Assembly (NCBI GenBank): GCA_964016885.1
Contig: OZ024742.1
Location: 189,472,001 to 189,536,000, forward strand
Reading direction: 5' to 3'
Length of the DNA: 64,000 nucleotides
DNA from: Eledone cirrhosa
Taxonomy: Eukaryota
Shown in pieces: positions 1 to 14,239 of the stretch (position 1 is its first letter; each line of letters opens with the position of its first letter). The position numbers and the translations under genes were made by a program. The notes under the pieces were generated by a model, which saw only the letters and a program-made list of their open reading frames with translations, searched no databases and had not been told where the DNA came from.

Positions 1-1665
1 TAGTTTTACAACTGAATATATGCAATAAAAATACCTCTGCATATCACACAACATACTCCATACAGTTTTACAACTGAATATACATATATGCAATAAGAAT
101 ACCTCTGCATATCACACAACATACTCCATACAGTTTTACAACTGAATATACATGTATGCAATAAGAATACCTCTGCATATCACACAACATACTCCATACA
201 GTTTTACAACTGAATATATGCAATAAGAATACCTCTGCATATCACACAACATACACCATATAGTTTTACAACTGAATATACATATATGTAATAAGAATAT
301 CTCTGCATATCACACAACATACACCATATAGTTTTACAACTGAATATACATATATGCAATAAGAATACCTCTGCATATCACACAACATACTCCATACAGT
401 TTTACAACTGAATATACATATATGCAATAAGAATACCTCTGCATATCACACAACATACACCATATAGTTTTACAACTGAATATGCATATTTGCAATAAGA
501 ATACTTCTGCATATCACACAACATACACCATATAGTTTTACAACTGAATATACATATATGCAATAAGAATACCTCTGCATATCACACAATATACACCATA
601 TAGTTTTACAACTGAATATATGCAATAAAAATACCTCTGCATATCACACAACATACTCCATACAGTTTTACAACTGAATATATGTAATAAGAATACCTCT
701 GCATATCACACAACATACACCATATAGTTTTACAACTGAATATACATATATGTAATAAGAATATCTCTGCATATCACACAACATACACCATATAGTTTTA
801 CAACTGAATATACATATATGCAATAAGAATACCTCTGCATATCACACAACATACTCCATACACTTTTACAACTGAATATACATATATGCAATAAGAATAC
901 CTTTGCATATCACACAACATACACCATATAGTTTTACAACTGAATATACATATATGCAATAAGAATACCTTTGCATATCACACAACATACTCCATACAGT
1001 TTTACAACTGAATATACATATATGCAATAAGAATACCTCTGCATATCACACAACATACACCATAGAGTTTTACAACTGAATATGCATATATGCAATAAGA
1101 ATACTTCTGCATATCACACAACATACACCATATAGTTTTACAACTGAATATATGCAATAAAAATACCTCTGCATATCACACAACATACTCCATACAGTTT
1201 TACAACTGAATATACATATATGCAATAAGAATACCTCTGCATATCACACAACATACTCCATACAGTTTTACAACTGAATATACATGTATGCAATAAGAAT
1301 ACCTCTGCATATCACACAACATACACCATATAGTTTTACAACTGAATATATGCAATAAGAATACCTCTGCATATCACACAACATACTCCATATAGTTTTA
1401 CAACTGAATATATGCAATAAGAATACATCTGCATATCACACAACATCCACCATATAGTTTTACAACTGAATATACATATATGCAATAAGAATACCTCTGC
1501 ATATCACACAACATACACCATATAGTTTTACAACTGAATATACATATATGCAATAAGAATACCTCTGCATATCACACAACATACTCCATACAGTTTTACA
1601 ACTGAATATACATATATGCAATAAGAATACCTCTGCATATCACACAACATACTCCATACAGTTTT
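1..1665. repeat. Minisatellite, about 25 copies of a 62/68-bp unit (AGTTTTACAACTGAATATA[CATATA]TGCAATAAGAATACCTCTGCATATCACACAACATACWCCATAY), truncated by the window start
   Basis: Unit starts at 1, 63, 131, 199, 261 and onward. Head-to-tail with no unique spacers. Confidence 0.97.
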
Positions 1666-1995
1666 GCAACCAAATATACATAAATACAATACGATTACCT
1701 CTATATATCCTATAAAAGAAACAGAAAATACCATTTTCATATGTGATGGGGGAGTAAGCAATTGGATAGAACAGCTAAAACTACTACAGCAGACATTATA
1801 TGATACTATAGCATACTATAGACCAAATCTACAGATTTTAGATGCCATTACATATATAAACTAATTAAGATTAATTAGATACATTGGTCAGTCTTAATGA
1901 TTGCTTAATTGTTTATATAACTTTATTGTAAACAATAAAGAAGTGAAGTGTGATTGACTGAACTATAGTTTTAAACATTTTTATATTTTTATAAG

Positions 1996-2216
1996 TGTGG
2001 TGGGTTGGCAGAATCGGTAGAGTGTTGGATAGCATGATTTGCAGTATAGAGTTATGGCCCTTTACATTCTCAGTTAAAATCCCACTGAGGTTAGCTTTGC
2101 CTTTCATCCTTACTGGGTTGATAAGTAAAGTACTAGTAATGCACTGGGGTGGTCAATTTAATCGATTTTCCTTTCCTCCAAAATTGCTGGTCTTGTGCCT
2201 AAAGTAGAAACAATTA
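1996..2216 (+). mobile_element. tRNA-derived SINE family A (core GAGGTTAACTTTGCCTTTCATCCTT..GGGGTCGATAAAATAAAGTACCAGT)
   Basis: A-box-like TGGCAGAATCGG, degenerate B-box, conserved core and AAAGTAGAAACAATT tail. Other copies at about 5120-5225(-), 7488-7697(-), 16598-16693(-), 29400-29530(-), 29640-29800(+), 34390-34580(+), 41840-41960(-). The core resembles the Meta/MESC SINE domain from memory. Confidence 0.85.
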
Positions 2217-2231
2217 TATTTCTATAATTAG

Positions 2232-2590
2232 ATGCAGCATGGCTGAATTCTTAAGAAGTTTGCTTTGCAGTCATTAGTTCCTAGGTTCAACCCACTGTGT
2301 GGCATTATGAACAAGCATCATATACCATTGCCTTCAGTCAACAGAGAGACTTGCAAGTGAAATTGGGTTGACGGAAACTGTTTGGAAGCTCATTGGATGG
2401 ACTGTACCTGTAATTCAAAGGGGTAACCATGTCATATACAATGCGATGCTGAATCTCTTTGAGAATTTTGTTAACGATGCACATATCTCTGGAATACTCG
2501 GCCACTTACATATGAATTCCATGAGCCAGCTGTTCTACTGATTGAACAACTGGAACAATCATTGTAGAAATTGATGGAGGACCATTCCAT
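2232..2590 (+). mobile_element. Degenerate SINE family C (octopus OR-like, CORE-type)
   Basis: tRNA-like head followed by a degenerate CTTGGGCAAGTGTCTT...GACGGAAACTG..GAAGC motif. Related copies at about 27559-27860(+), 41410-41560(-), 18195-18320(-). Confidence 0.6.
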
Positions 2591-2687
2591 TTCATTCTAT
2601 TTTTTCATTAGTAACTGCATATTGTAATCCTAACTAATTACTGTGAAGTAATATTACCAAGTACTGTTATTAAACCAGGCATAAAAT

Positions 2688-3008
2688 GTAAAGACCCCCT
2701 TCGGTCACGAATGTCCATGGGATTTGCACCTAGAAAGTTGCCTGCCAAGGCACAAGTCCAGGCAAGGTTGTTTGTGAAAGACCAACAGTCAGCCATGTAT
2801 ACCAGTCTCCCACCAGTGTTGTCCAAGGGAAAGGCAATGGCTGATACAGCTTGATACCAGTGGTGTCACAACTCATTTCTACAGCTGAGTGAACTGGGGA
2901 ACCTGAAATAAAGTGCCTTGTTCAAGAACACAACACAAAGACCAGTCCAAGAGTCAGACTCATGATCTTATGATTGTAAGCCTGACACTCTAACCACTAA
3001 ACCAGGCA
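2688..3008 (-). mobile_element. tRNA-derived SINE family B
   Basis: Reverse complement gives a tRNA-like head, then CTTGAACAAGGCACTTTATTTCA...CAGCTGTAGAAATGAGT, and ends in GAAGGGGGTCTTTAC. Copies or fragments at about 6410-6848, 14745-14900, 27435-27560, 36018-36180, 37685-37917, 40760-41020, all on the minus strand. Confidence 0.8.
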
Positions 3009-3336
3009 TAATTATTTGAATATTTGAAACATTCTTAGCAGTTCTGATATATAAATTACAGATGCACCAGCCTTCATGACTCTCCATCATAATCTGAGTA
3101 TGTTGAAGGGGTTTACACAATCTGTGACAGCTAAAATCTGCTAATAATGTTTAACTTGATAAAAACAATTAACCTCTACCACACCTCATCTGTCAACTCA
3201 GCTGCTGGAATTCTGAAAGAAAAGAAAAACAAAATAGTGTAAAGTAATTGACACCTTTGTGTTCCTTATTTGAAGGGAAAATAATCTCCGAAACTTTTAT
3301 AATAAATAAACTGTATGTACTTAAATGGGTGGTGTA

Positions 3337-3368
<32 letters not shown>

Positions 3369-4437
3369 TAGAGATAGTGATGATAGTGATGATGATTATG
3401 ATGATGGTGATGATAATGATTAGAGGATGATGATGGTGGTGGTGGTGGTAATTGTGATGATTACCATCATCTTCATCATTTAACCATCATCTTCATTGTT
3501 TAACTATAATTGAAACATTTGTTTGAATGATTTTGCTGTGTGTATCTGGTTTAGAATAGGTACACCTTATCTCTTCCTGCTGAGGTTAACTATGTCTTTC
3601 ATCCTTTCGAGGTCGATAAAAAAAGTACCAGTCTAGTACTAGGGTTGATTCTTCCTCAATATCTCTTTCTCACTTCCATTCTAGTTTAGAACAGGTTCAC
3701 TTTATCCATGCATGTTGTAAGAGGTGACTAAAAGGGTTGGTATCAAGAAGGGCATTCAGTCATAAAACATTAACTTAAAAATGACCCATGATATATACAA
3801 AGCTGCCATGTAAGAATATCTGCTTTGACACAGGAAAATAGCTTTACTTTCGGGTCTTGAATAATCATCCCACCCGGCTTATTAACTTATCAGATATTTT
3901 TTCTAAAACCTTGCTTGTTAAATTTTGATAATCCAGCAATATTTTTATTTTAAGTGGTAGAATTCCAGCAACAATTAATTTTCTTTAGACATTAAAAAAC
4001 ATTATACATGATAAAATAAGTACATTACTAGAAATCACATACGTTATACAATAAATAGGATGGGTTTGGGGGGGGGGGTCTCAATATGTAAACTAAATGA
4101 CTAATTCTGGTTTTTAAAAAAATCAGTGGTGACAACCTAGATAAATTACTGATTTCCCAACTCACCCACTTATTCCAACTTCCCCTCTTGTTCCAACCCC
4201 TCCCCTATTATTTGGGAACTGAGAGTAAATAGCTTATAATTGTATTGTAGTTGTTTTAATAATTAACATGTTTTGATTATTTCAAACCCAAATACAGATA
4301 CATAAAGATATTGTGATACACACAGACAGAGATGTGTAATATTTATCTCATTGCTTCCAGTAAATCTGAATCACATGAAGAAAATCAATAGCTTTCCAAT
4401 TTGTCATTGAACAGTAGTCGTGAAATGAAAATTAGAT

Positions 4438-4678
4438 ATAACCCTTTGACACCAACCAACTGGAAGCCACTTCTGGTTCTATGAAACAAAACCATCTATT
4501 TTAAAGGGCTTCAATTTAAATTAAAATCCTGCTGCATAATTTGATATAAGAACTTTTTGTTATATTCCCAATACCCTCTTAATAATGAAATAATTAATTA
4601 CTAAATCTTACCAAATTCTTCATTTATTAATATAAATGCAGTGTAGTTCATGTAAAATATGGTCACGAAAAGGTTAAA
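4438..4678 (-). mobile_element. About 250-bp MITE family 2 with AACCCTTT...AAAGGGTTAA ends (piggyBac-type)
   Basis: Terminal inverted CCCTTT/AAAAGG flanked by (T)TAA. Homologous copies at about 4719-4880, 4960-5330, 7393-8090, 8394-9085, 10645-10835, 30640-31082, 34610-35213, 58496-58724, 60845-61085. Confidence 0.7.
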
Positions 4679-5756
4679 AAAGACAGCCACTTAATGGAAA
4701 ATTGCATGCAGAATATGTAACCTTTTCATTACCATATTTCTAATGAAAGACGCTAGCCATGATTTTCAAGAATTTTATCGGGATTTAGTAATATAATTTT
4801 CTTTCAATTAAGGTGGTGTTTGTATATAACAAAAGTTCTTACATGACATTATGATCAAAGATTTTTAGATAGATATAAATGATTTTATCTTTTCATTTTA
4901 ACTATCTATATTTATTTGTGTTCCAGCCGAGAGGCTGAGGCCATGCTGGGACACTGCTACTTCATGACCATATTTGCAATGAAAGACACTACCTATGATT
5001 TTCAAATCACTTTTAAAATAATCAAGAATTGGGATGGATTTAGTAATATAACTAATTTTCTCATTATTAAGCTAATATTTGGGACATAACTAAATTTAGC
5101 AAAGTTTCTTACATAAAATAATTGTTTCTACGTTAGGCACAAGGCCAGCAATTATCCAGTGTATTACTGGTACTTTATTTTATCGACCCCGTAAGGAAGA
5201 AAGGCAAAGTTAACCTCGGCGGGATAAAATGCTGGATAATCTTTAGATAAAGATAAACACTTTAAAACAAACAGTTTTGTATCATAGAACTAGGGCAATT
5301 TCAGGCAGTTTGATATGAAAAGGTTTAAGGACCATATATGTATATATGCTTACATGATAGACAAAACAGAGAGAAATTCTATTATCGTATGTCTGCTCTG
5401 TCTCAAAGATCAATGAAAGTGAAAATAACATAAATTTCATAATACCAAACACAGTTAATTATAAGAACATTAAAAAATGATGTTTCATCTTTAATGAGGA
5501 TGAAGGCATGGGATGATATTCATATGTATATATACATATGTTGTTCTTGTACTTTTTCATTTTACTAGTTTCAGTCACTAGACAGTTGCCTTGCTGGGTA
5601 CAATCATGAAATTATTTAGTAAACAATAGCAACCCCACTATTTCATTTGTTAAAACCTGGTACTCTTTCATTCATTGACCTCTAGTTTGCCAGGCTACTA
5701 TGTTACAGGGTATAAACAACACTGGTTACTAAAGTGTGTAGGTATAAACACATACA

Positions 5757-5942
<186 letters not shown>

Positions 5943-6573
5943 ATGTACATGTCTGATTGGCTACTCCACAACCAAATTTCAATCATTGGACACAAAAAAT
6001 GAAGAAATATTCTACAAAATTAAGCCATAACAGTTTTACTTAAAGGGGTGAACAAATACACATATGGAACAATTGGTTGGCTGGTTCTTTTAATACCAAC
6101 TAAATTTATGCTTTGATAAATCTCATGAAAAATGATGGCACAAAATTCAAATTATAAACAATGTTTTATTATTATATTTTCTTAACCAAGTGATAAACAG
6201 TGTTTTAATACTTCTTCTGAAAATTATACTTTATCAATACACACACACACACATACACCTCTCTCTATATATATATATGTTTGCGTCCTGCAACCTTCCA
6301 GCTTCACAAATAAATTGTGATAAAATAAATACCAAACTTGAAAAAAAGAAATAAGTATTGTGATCGATATGATCAACTAAATTCCTTCAAAGTATAACCA
6401 GAACTTACCCAGGTGTTATTGGTGTTACTTGGTGCAAGACTCCTTCCTCCCTAAACAGACGACCAGTCAATTACAGGCTTAACTCCCAACTGTTGCTGGT
6501 ACTCACTTTCAGCTGAGTTGAGAGGAGACACCTGAAATAAAGTGTTTTGGTTAAGAGCACAATGTACCATCTG

Positions 6574-6769
6574 CAGACCTGTCAACTCTCCTCATTGGAC
6601 AGGGAGATCTCACATCCACTTTCGGGTGGGTGAGAGATGTCTTCTCTTGAGAAAATGGGTATAGCTTTCATTCTTTAAAATCTCCCCATTTTGCCTCATT
6701 TCTCCCCGTTTTGGGGCCGTTTTTTTTCATGGTACTCTCCATTTCGGTTTTTAAAGGTTGGCAGGTCTG
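6574..6769. mobile_element. hAT-like MITE with TIRs CAGACCTGTCAAC / GTTGGCAGGTCTG, inserted in a family B SINE
   Basis: 13-bp TIR with one mismatch. CATCTG is duplicated at 6568-6573 and 6770-6775. Confidence 0.8.
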
Positions 6770-7812
6770 CATCTGGTCCAGGAATTGAACCCGTAACATT
6801 ACAATTAGACTCCACCAGCATACTAACCATTAGGCTGCAAGCCTTCACTGGCCACAAGTCTAATTACTGTAACAAGTAAAAGAATAAAAGAATACAACAA
6901 GATTACATCAATAAATGTAGCGGCAAATTGTATCCCTTACATAACCAGGCGCTCTTTTATTTTGAAAAGTTTTCATCCATTGTGTAAGTAGTTTGTGGGT
7001 GTGGTCTCTATGTAAGTTGTAATAATGTAAAGCATACTATTCTGTGTTCTTCTTAGTAGTGATGAGTCTGAAAGGATGGGATAAGTTGTAAGACTGATAT
7101 AATTATTGATGGATCTAACATATTGTTTGTAAACTGTTAACATTGTTTCTTTGTAAAGTCTTTGTCTACAATCTTTCTGTATGTGTGTTATTTTTTTTTT
7201 CATTTTCTCTCTTCTTTTTTGTGGTACAGCTGTTGTCTTTGAACTTATAATATAGTTTTCTGTGTATGCGTGTATGTATGCATGTGTATGTGTATGCATG
7301 TGTGTATGCGTGTGTTTATGCACGTGTGTATGTGTGTGTGTGTATGCATGTGTGTATGCTATGTTTAAGTTAGTGTTATATTTGGCTGCATTTAACCCGA
7401 TCATTACTATGTTTCTAATGAAAAACACTGCCTATGATTTTCAAATCATTTAAAAACAAATCAACAATTTAGGGAGATTTAATTATAATCGTTTCTACAT
7501 TTAATGCAAGGCCAGCAATTTGAGGGGAAGGGGAAAGTCGATTAAATCAATCCCAGTATGCCACTCGTATTTCCTTTTATTGACTTCATAAGGATGAAAG
7601 GCAAAGCTAACCTCAGCAGGATTTGAACTCAGAATGTAAAGGGACTCAGAATGTAAAGCTACAATGCATTTTGTCCAATGCCCTAGCAATTTTGCCAAAA
7701 AGATTTAATAATAATAACTAACTTTTGTATTTTAAACTTATGTTTGGAGTATAACATAACAAAGATTCTTACATAAAATTCTGACAGCAGGTTTTTAGAT
7801 AATATAAACTCT

Positions 7813-8029
7813 TTAACCCTTTAGTATTTAAACAGGCTGTACCTGACCAGAATTCTCTAACCTCTTTCTGTTCAAATCAGCCATAACTTACCACTCATAC
7901 TGATGTTAAAGTATTGATCACAAAATAAATACTATCAAAATCTGATAGATTTGATATATATTTGAGGTAAAAGCTTTACTACAAAAATACAATAGTATAT
8001 ATAGAGTAATGTAAATGATAAAGGGTTAA
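7813..8029 (+). mobile_element. About 215-bp TTAA-flanked piggyBac-type MITE family 1
   Basis: TTAA-CCCTTTAGTATTTA ... TAAATGATAAAGGG-TTAA. Copies at about 12817-13028, 27871-28107, 37443-37670, 56166-56390. Confidence 0.85.
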
Positions 8030-9399
8030 AATAAACAGCTTTGTATCATAGAATCAGAGGTGGTTTCAGGTGTTTTTTGTGTGAAAAGACATAAATCTTC
8101 TTTGGTGGTGCTAGTAAAAGTTTATTTGGAGTTAGGTTTGATGTGATTGATGTAAAATTAGAGTTATCTCTAGGAAATGACAGGAAAAGATAACTCTTGT
8201 TTGTGTTAAGATTGTATGTATGCTCTCTTGGTGTATGGGAAGATTGTGTAGATATAAATTAGAAGGAGTAGGTGTGAGTATGTTCTTTACATTACACAGT
8301 TTCAGAAATAACAGGCTCTAGATATGTTGTACTGTACTCTATCTTATGTTTGGTGGTCTGAGATGTAACCCATATCAAGTGTTTGGGAACATTTAACTCT
8401 TTTGTTATATTTCTAATAAAAGACATTGTGGATAATGATATTGCCTATAATTTTTAAATAATCTTTTAAATAACCAAGAATTCTGAGAGACTTAATCATT
8501 ATCATCTCCATTTAACATCCATTTTTCCATGCCAGCATGTGTTAGTCAAGTTGTCCCATTGTGAGACAAGTCAGATCAGATGACTTGTGTCTTGCAGATA
8601 AAGAACTGTTTCTGGTTTGCTTTCTAGGGCTGGATACCCTTCCTAACAGTAACCACAATTACAGCATAGATTGGGTGCTTTATATTGTGGCACTAAAACG
8701 ACTAATTTACAGGGTGGACTGGGTGCTTTTTGTCATTTAACCAACACAACCAGCTGACAGGTTGAACTGAGTGCTTTTATCATGTCACCAACCCAACCAC
8801 TCTACAGAGTGGACCGGGCACCTTCTGTTGTGCCACCAACATGACCACTTTACAGGGTGGAGTGAGAGCTTATTTGTCATGTCACCAGCATGACCACCTT
8901 ACAGGGAGGATTGGTAATATGAATTACTTTTTTCCTATCTCTCAAGTCTTTTGGACATAACTTTGCAAAGATTCTTACATACAATTATGTTGGAAAGTTT
9001 TAGATAAATATATACCCTAAAATATACAGTTTTGTAACATATACCCAGAAGATTTTTCAAATGATTTGATATCCAAAGTGTTAAGAATTTCAGAAGGAAG
9101 CAAATCAGTAAAATGCATCGGTATTTGCCCTAGTTTACTGTGATCAAATTATTCTGAAGTGAACTTTGACTTTCATCATTTCAGGGTAGATATATAAATT
9201 ACTAGTCTGGGAATGCTGAATAAGTAGAATGATTAAAGTGTCAGAAGAGATGCTTTGTGGTGTCTGTTCCAACATTTTGTGTTCTAAATTAAAATACTAA
9301 TCACTATGTAAATGTTAAAAATAATGGTAGTCTGCCATGGTTGCTCTATCATCTACACTCTTAAATGACTATGAAATGGTATTGTGTTTCTGTGAGAAA

Positions 9400-9740
9400 A
9401 GCTATGGTCTGAAGTGAGCAAGCTATGAAGAGAGGAGCTAAACACTGATGAAAGACAGTAAGTTCTGAAGAGGTATGTTCTGAAGGCAGTTGGCTTAAAC
9501 AGAGTAAACTCTGAAGTGAGAAGCTATGCTTGGCAGATAGTAGGCCATGAAGAGAATTAGCTGTGCTCTGAAGAGAATATGCTATGAAGGAATGAGGCTA
9601 TGAAGGTAGTAGTGGTAAAGAGAGTATGCTATGAAAAGCCTAGGCTATGAAGAAAGTAGGTTGTGAAGAGAGTATGCTATGAAGAGAATAAACTGTGCAC
9701 AGAAGAGAGTATGCTATAAAGGGATGATGCTATGAAGAGA
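9400..9740. repeat. Degenerate about 18-20-bp tandem repeat (GCTATGAAGAGAGTAT-like)
   Basis: Recurring GCTATGAAG motif. Confidence 0.75.
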
Positions 9741-10369
9741 ATTTGTTTCAGTATTTTGTATATGTATGTGGAATGAGTGAAGAGATTTGCTGGTGCCAAC
9801 TAAGGCAAACTGGTGTGTGTTGCCGGTGTTATTCTTATTTATGTAAAGTGTGTAGGAAGTGTACTGGTCTGAACCCATGTCAGCTGGAAATGGAAAATAT
9901 TGGATTGCAGAAAATGCAGAACATTTTTTAGGTTTTTTAATCATTGATCACTGCTCACATAACTCTTAATGAAGCCATTGTAGTGCTGTCATAATTTAGA
10001 GCATAACACAATAATTTATTTATGGAATATATCATGTAAATACAGTTTAATAGAAACATAAAAAAAGAAAATTTAGATTGAGAAGAAAGAATGGAATGTA
10101 AAATAGGAAAATATAATGAGCATGTCTTAGGTCTTTTTAACCCTTCTATTACTACCATCATTATCATCACCATTAATGTCTATTTCCATGCTTGCATGGG
10201 CTAGAAAGGCTGTTACATTGTGAGGCTAGACAGGTGAAGTGAGCAGGTCTTGCATATATGATGTTTTGGGCTTGGTTTCTATGGCTGAATGTACTTCCTA
10301 ATGCCAATCACATGATAAAATACACTGTTTATGTGCTTTAATTAATTTTCTAAATAATCATAAATTTAG

Positions 10370-10645
10370 AAAATTGAGAGATCACAGCTCTGGTACTATG
10401 GACATGTGGTAAGAGCGTCTTAGGAAAGAATCATTGGACAGATTTTACAGGCAAAATCAACCAGCAGCAGACCCAATAGTAGCCCCTGAGTAAGATATTT
10501 GGATAACATCCATGAGCTTGGCTGGTCTTGCTTAGGCAACCAGTCAGATCAGGTGGAGATGGTTACTTCTGACAAGACCTGTTGGAAGGAGTGTTTGATG
10601 ATTCTGCACCCACAACCCTCTCAGGAATAAGTGAGCAAAGAAGAA
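10370..10645 (+). mobile_element. RTE-clade LINE 3' fragment
   Basis: Translates IERSQLWYYGHVVR..ERIIGQILQAK with stops. Homologous to 47940-48290(-). Confidence 0.7.
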
Positions 10646-10979
10646 ATTTAGAAGTGTTTAACAAAATAACCAAGTTCTCCATTTTTAACTGGTGTTTGGG
10701 ACATAACTTAACAATTGATTCTTATGTAAAATTTTGAAAGCAGGTTTAAATTTAGATAAAATGCTTTAAAATGGACAATTTTGTATCATAGAAATGAGGG
10801 GTGATCTCAGGAAATTTAGTAACAAAAGGATTAAAAGACAATGCCAATCTCTCTACAGGTTGACTATAACTGATTCCCTTCAGAGAGAGACAGACAAAAG
10901 TCAAGAGAAAAGAAGAACCAATCCCAGTACTAAGAGTCAAAGTTGATCTTGACAGAATTTAAACTCAGATCACAAAACT

Positions 10980-11026
<47 letters not shown>

Positions 11027-11110
11027 GGTAATGATGATGATGATGCTGAGAGTGATGCAGATGAGGATTATGATTATGATGATGATGGCAACGGTGATAA
11101 TGATGTTGTA
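10980..11110. repeat. (GAT)n microsatellite
   Basis: Direct reading. Confidence 0.95.
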
Positions 11111-11529
11111 GATGCTGGATATTACTGTTGATGGTTATTATTGGCAAGGTAGTTTAATGGAAGGTAGATATGTTAACATGACATTGTCAATATGACATAT
11201 GATATATTATATTGTTGCCGGCCGATGCTGTTGATGTTGTTGTTGTTGTTGCTGTTGTTGTTGTTAGAGTAGTTTACTGCTTATTTTGTTGTTCATAGTG
11301 GATACAAATAGTTGGCCAAATTTAGTTCTTATGTTGAATTTCTTAATGATTTTGTGTGTGTGGGGGGGGGGGGCGTGTGTGTGTGTGTGTGTGTGCGTGT
11401 GCATGTACATGTTGCATTGAATGAGGTTCCAGTTGAGCAAAGTTCAGCATGGTCAAGTGGCCAGACTTACCTCATAACATGGACAACCGGTATGACCCAT
11501 GCAAACATGGAAAATAAGATGTTAAATGG

Positions 11530-11563
<34 letters not shown>

Positions 11564-11572
11564 ATCATCATT

Positions 11573-11604
<32 letters not shown>

Positions 11605-11858
11605 TTAACATCCATTTTCACTGCTAGCAAGAGCTGGATGGTTTGTTACAAACAAAGTCAGTATTTAGTTAGAGCGAGCAACTGACTTCTCAGCCAGAAG
11701 CCATAGGCTGCATCTCACTTACATACACTCCTGTTATCTACAGAGTGCACTGGGTGCATTTTATTATGACACCAGCACTAATTAGATTGTCATGTCCCTG
11801 ACAACTGAAGAGTCATGACAAACACATGCACACACACTCAAGCATAGACACACACACG

Positions 11859-11925
<67 letters not shown>

Positions 11926-12109
11926 GTATACATAGACTATGCAGGTGTGAGTGTTTGTGTACTTAGCAGTTATATGTGCATATAGGTGTGTTTGGTATTG
12001 TATATATCCGTATATGCCAATTGAATTTGTCAATATATGATATATGCATGTAATGTGTGTGTGTAGGTATATATATATATATATATATATATGATGCCCC
12101 CACACCCTC

Positions 12110-12392
12110 CCACTGCAAGGTGGTCATGGAGGTGCCACGGCAAAAAAGCACCCAGCCCACACTGTAAAGTGGACGTGTAGGTGCCACAGAAAAAAAGCAC
12201 CCAGCACTCACTGTAAATGAGGTTGGTGTTAGGAAGGACATCCAGCTGTAGAAATCAAGCCAGAATCAGTTTCTGTATGAGCAAGACAAGGTCAGCCAAC
12301 TGGACACTGCCCACAAGAGGACAACCCGTCTAAGCCATGCTAGCATAGAAGAACGGACGTAAAATGGTGATGATGATGGTGATGATGATGAA
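12110..12392 (+). mobile_element. SINE/LINE-tail repeat family D ending in CCATGCTAGCATGGAAAA.GGACGTTAAA-(GAT)n
   Basis: Shared AAAAAGCACCCAGCCCACACTGTAAAGTGG...GGTTGGTGTTAGGAAGG.CATCCAGC motif. Copies at about 8495-8910(-), 11590-11820(-), 15920-16480(+), 28670-28850(+), 33470-33745(+). Confidence 0.7.
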
Positions 12393-13934
12393 GATAATGG
12401 AGCTGTTGTATAATATAATTTTATATATTACACAGTCTGCGTATATCCTGTGATACAGTCCTTTACACATAGACTAGATTTTAACTCATAGTGCAAAGGG
12501 AGGGAAGGTGTGTTGCTCTGGCATATTGTGCATGGGTCATTTACTATAGCCTTGGGTTGCCCTAAACATTGTGTTAACAAAATATTTAGAATCTCTCAAA
12601 GAGACAGTACCTGTAATTCCAAAGACCAGCCTTGTCACACACTGCACCACAAAGTACACATTTCTCTATAATATTCAGTCACTTACAAAATAATATTAAA
12701 TGGACCCTATCCATATTAAAGGATCCAGCTTTGTCACACACTGTGTCATGCTGAATCTCCCTGAAAATTTACATTAAGAGCACATATATCTGTAAGATAC
12801 TCAGATACATGCACATTAACCCTTTAGTATTTACATTACTTTATATTTACTATTATATTTTCACAGTAAAGGCTTTATTTCACATAATTATCTCACATAA
12901 TATCTATGAGATTTTGATAATATTTATTTTGAGAATAATACCTTAACATCAGTATGAGCAGCCAGTTACAGCCGGTTTGAACAGAAAGAGGTGAGAGATG
13001 TCTGACTGGATAAATGCAAAATGGTTAATTTGACAAGAAGTTTCTTTCATTAATCAGACAACTGGAACACCCATCATTGAAACCAATGGATGTCCATTCG
13101 TTCATGATTTTGTTTCATGTATGTTTGGTGATTAGTTCAGAGGTTATCAGACTTTTAAGTAAAATGAAATATTTAAACATCCATGACTGCACTCAACATT
13201 GTCTTTCTTCACTACATCAAACAAATACCAAATCAATTAACTTATACATCTTTTTTATTGTTAAATCTAATTTTTTTTATGATTTTAGTAGAAAAGAAAT
13301 TTATTACAATTTTATAAACAGGACAAAAAACTATTTCAAAAACAATTAGGAAAACTTTAAAGTTAGCAAATGACAAGCAAAAAAAAAATCAATAAGTTAT
13401 TTTTGCTATTTCAATGGAAACCTTTAATCAATGTTACTGCTAGCATGGTAAATAGACATGTTGTGGAAGCAGGTTTGACTATTATTAGAAAATACTGCTT
13501 ACATCTAGTCCTTTGTTTTTTTTAGAAAACCATGAAATAGTAGATAGGATGGTTGTAAATCCATTGTAGATAGTGGATCAAATTGAAACAATAATTGACA
13601 GGCTAAATTGATGGTTTCGTATTTACAATTGGCCTCAAGTAAACTATCTTTTCTGCTATGGAATAAATAATTTATCTGTGATTCAATGCCGCTTCTTTTG
13701 AAATCTACCATACTTTCTAGTGGTGTTCAGTAAATAGCTGTTGGAGGTGATGTGGTAAATATACCCACATCCATTAACTTACCTGTATATCTTACACATT
13801 AACTTACACAGTCATCATGTGGAATGTTTGAACAAGACATTGTTATTCATCCTGTTTGTCTTGTTGGATAGGGACGTCCCTTCCAATCTTAGGCCAGTAT
13901 GGAAAACAGATTGAAAATGATGATGGTGATGATA

Positions 13935-14173
13935 AATGTATTAAACATATGTATATATATATTGTTTTGTAAAAAATTATATTTTTTTCATAAATATATA
14001 TATACAAATGTTTAATATAGAAATGGCTTCTACAGGACTAGAATGTTTCATTCAAATGAAACTATTCTAGTCCCGTAGAAGCCATTTCTATATTAAAGAT
14101 ATGTATATATATATTTATGAAAAAAATATAATTTTTTACAAAACAATATATATATACATATGTTTAATACATT
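13935..14173. repeat. Fold-back inverted repeat, arms about 115 bp, centre about 14054
   Basis: AATATAGAAATGGCTTCTACAGGACTAGAAT pairs with ATTCTAGTCCCGTAGAAGCCATTTCTATATT, and pairing continues outward. Confidence 0.92.
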
Positions 14174-14239
14174 CTATATTAAACATTTATACTGTATTAA
14201 GTACCATACATACTGTGGTTACCCATATCTGAACCCGGA

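Noticed and set aside
1-1665. CRISPR-like regular repeats (also 38200-38995)
   Set aside because: Units are head-to-tail with no unique spacers, there are no cas genes, and the context is eukaryotic.
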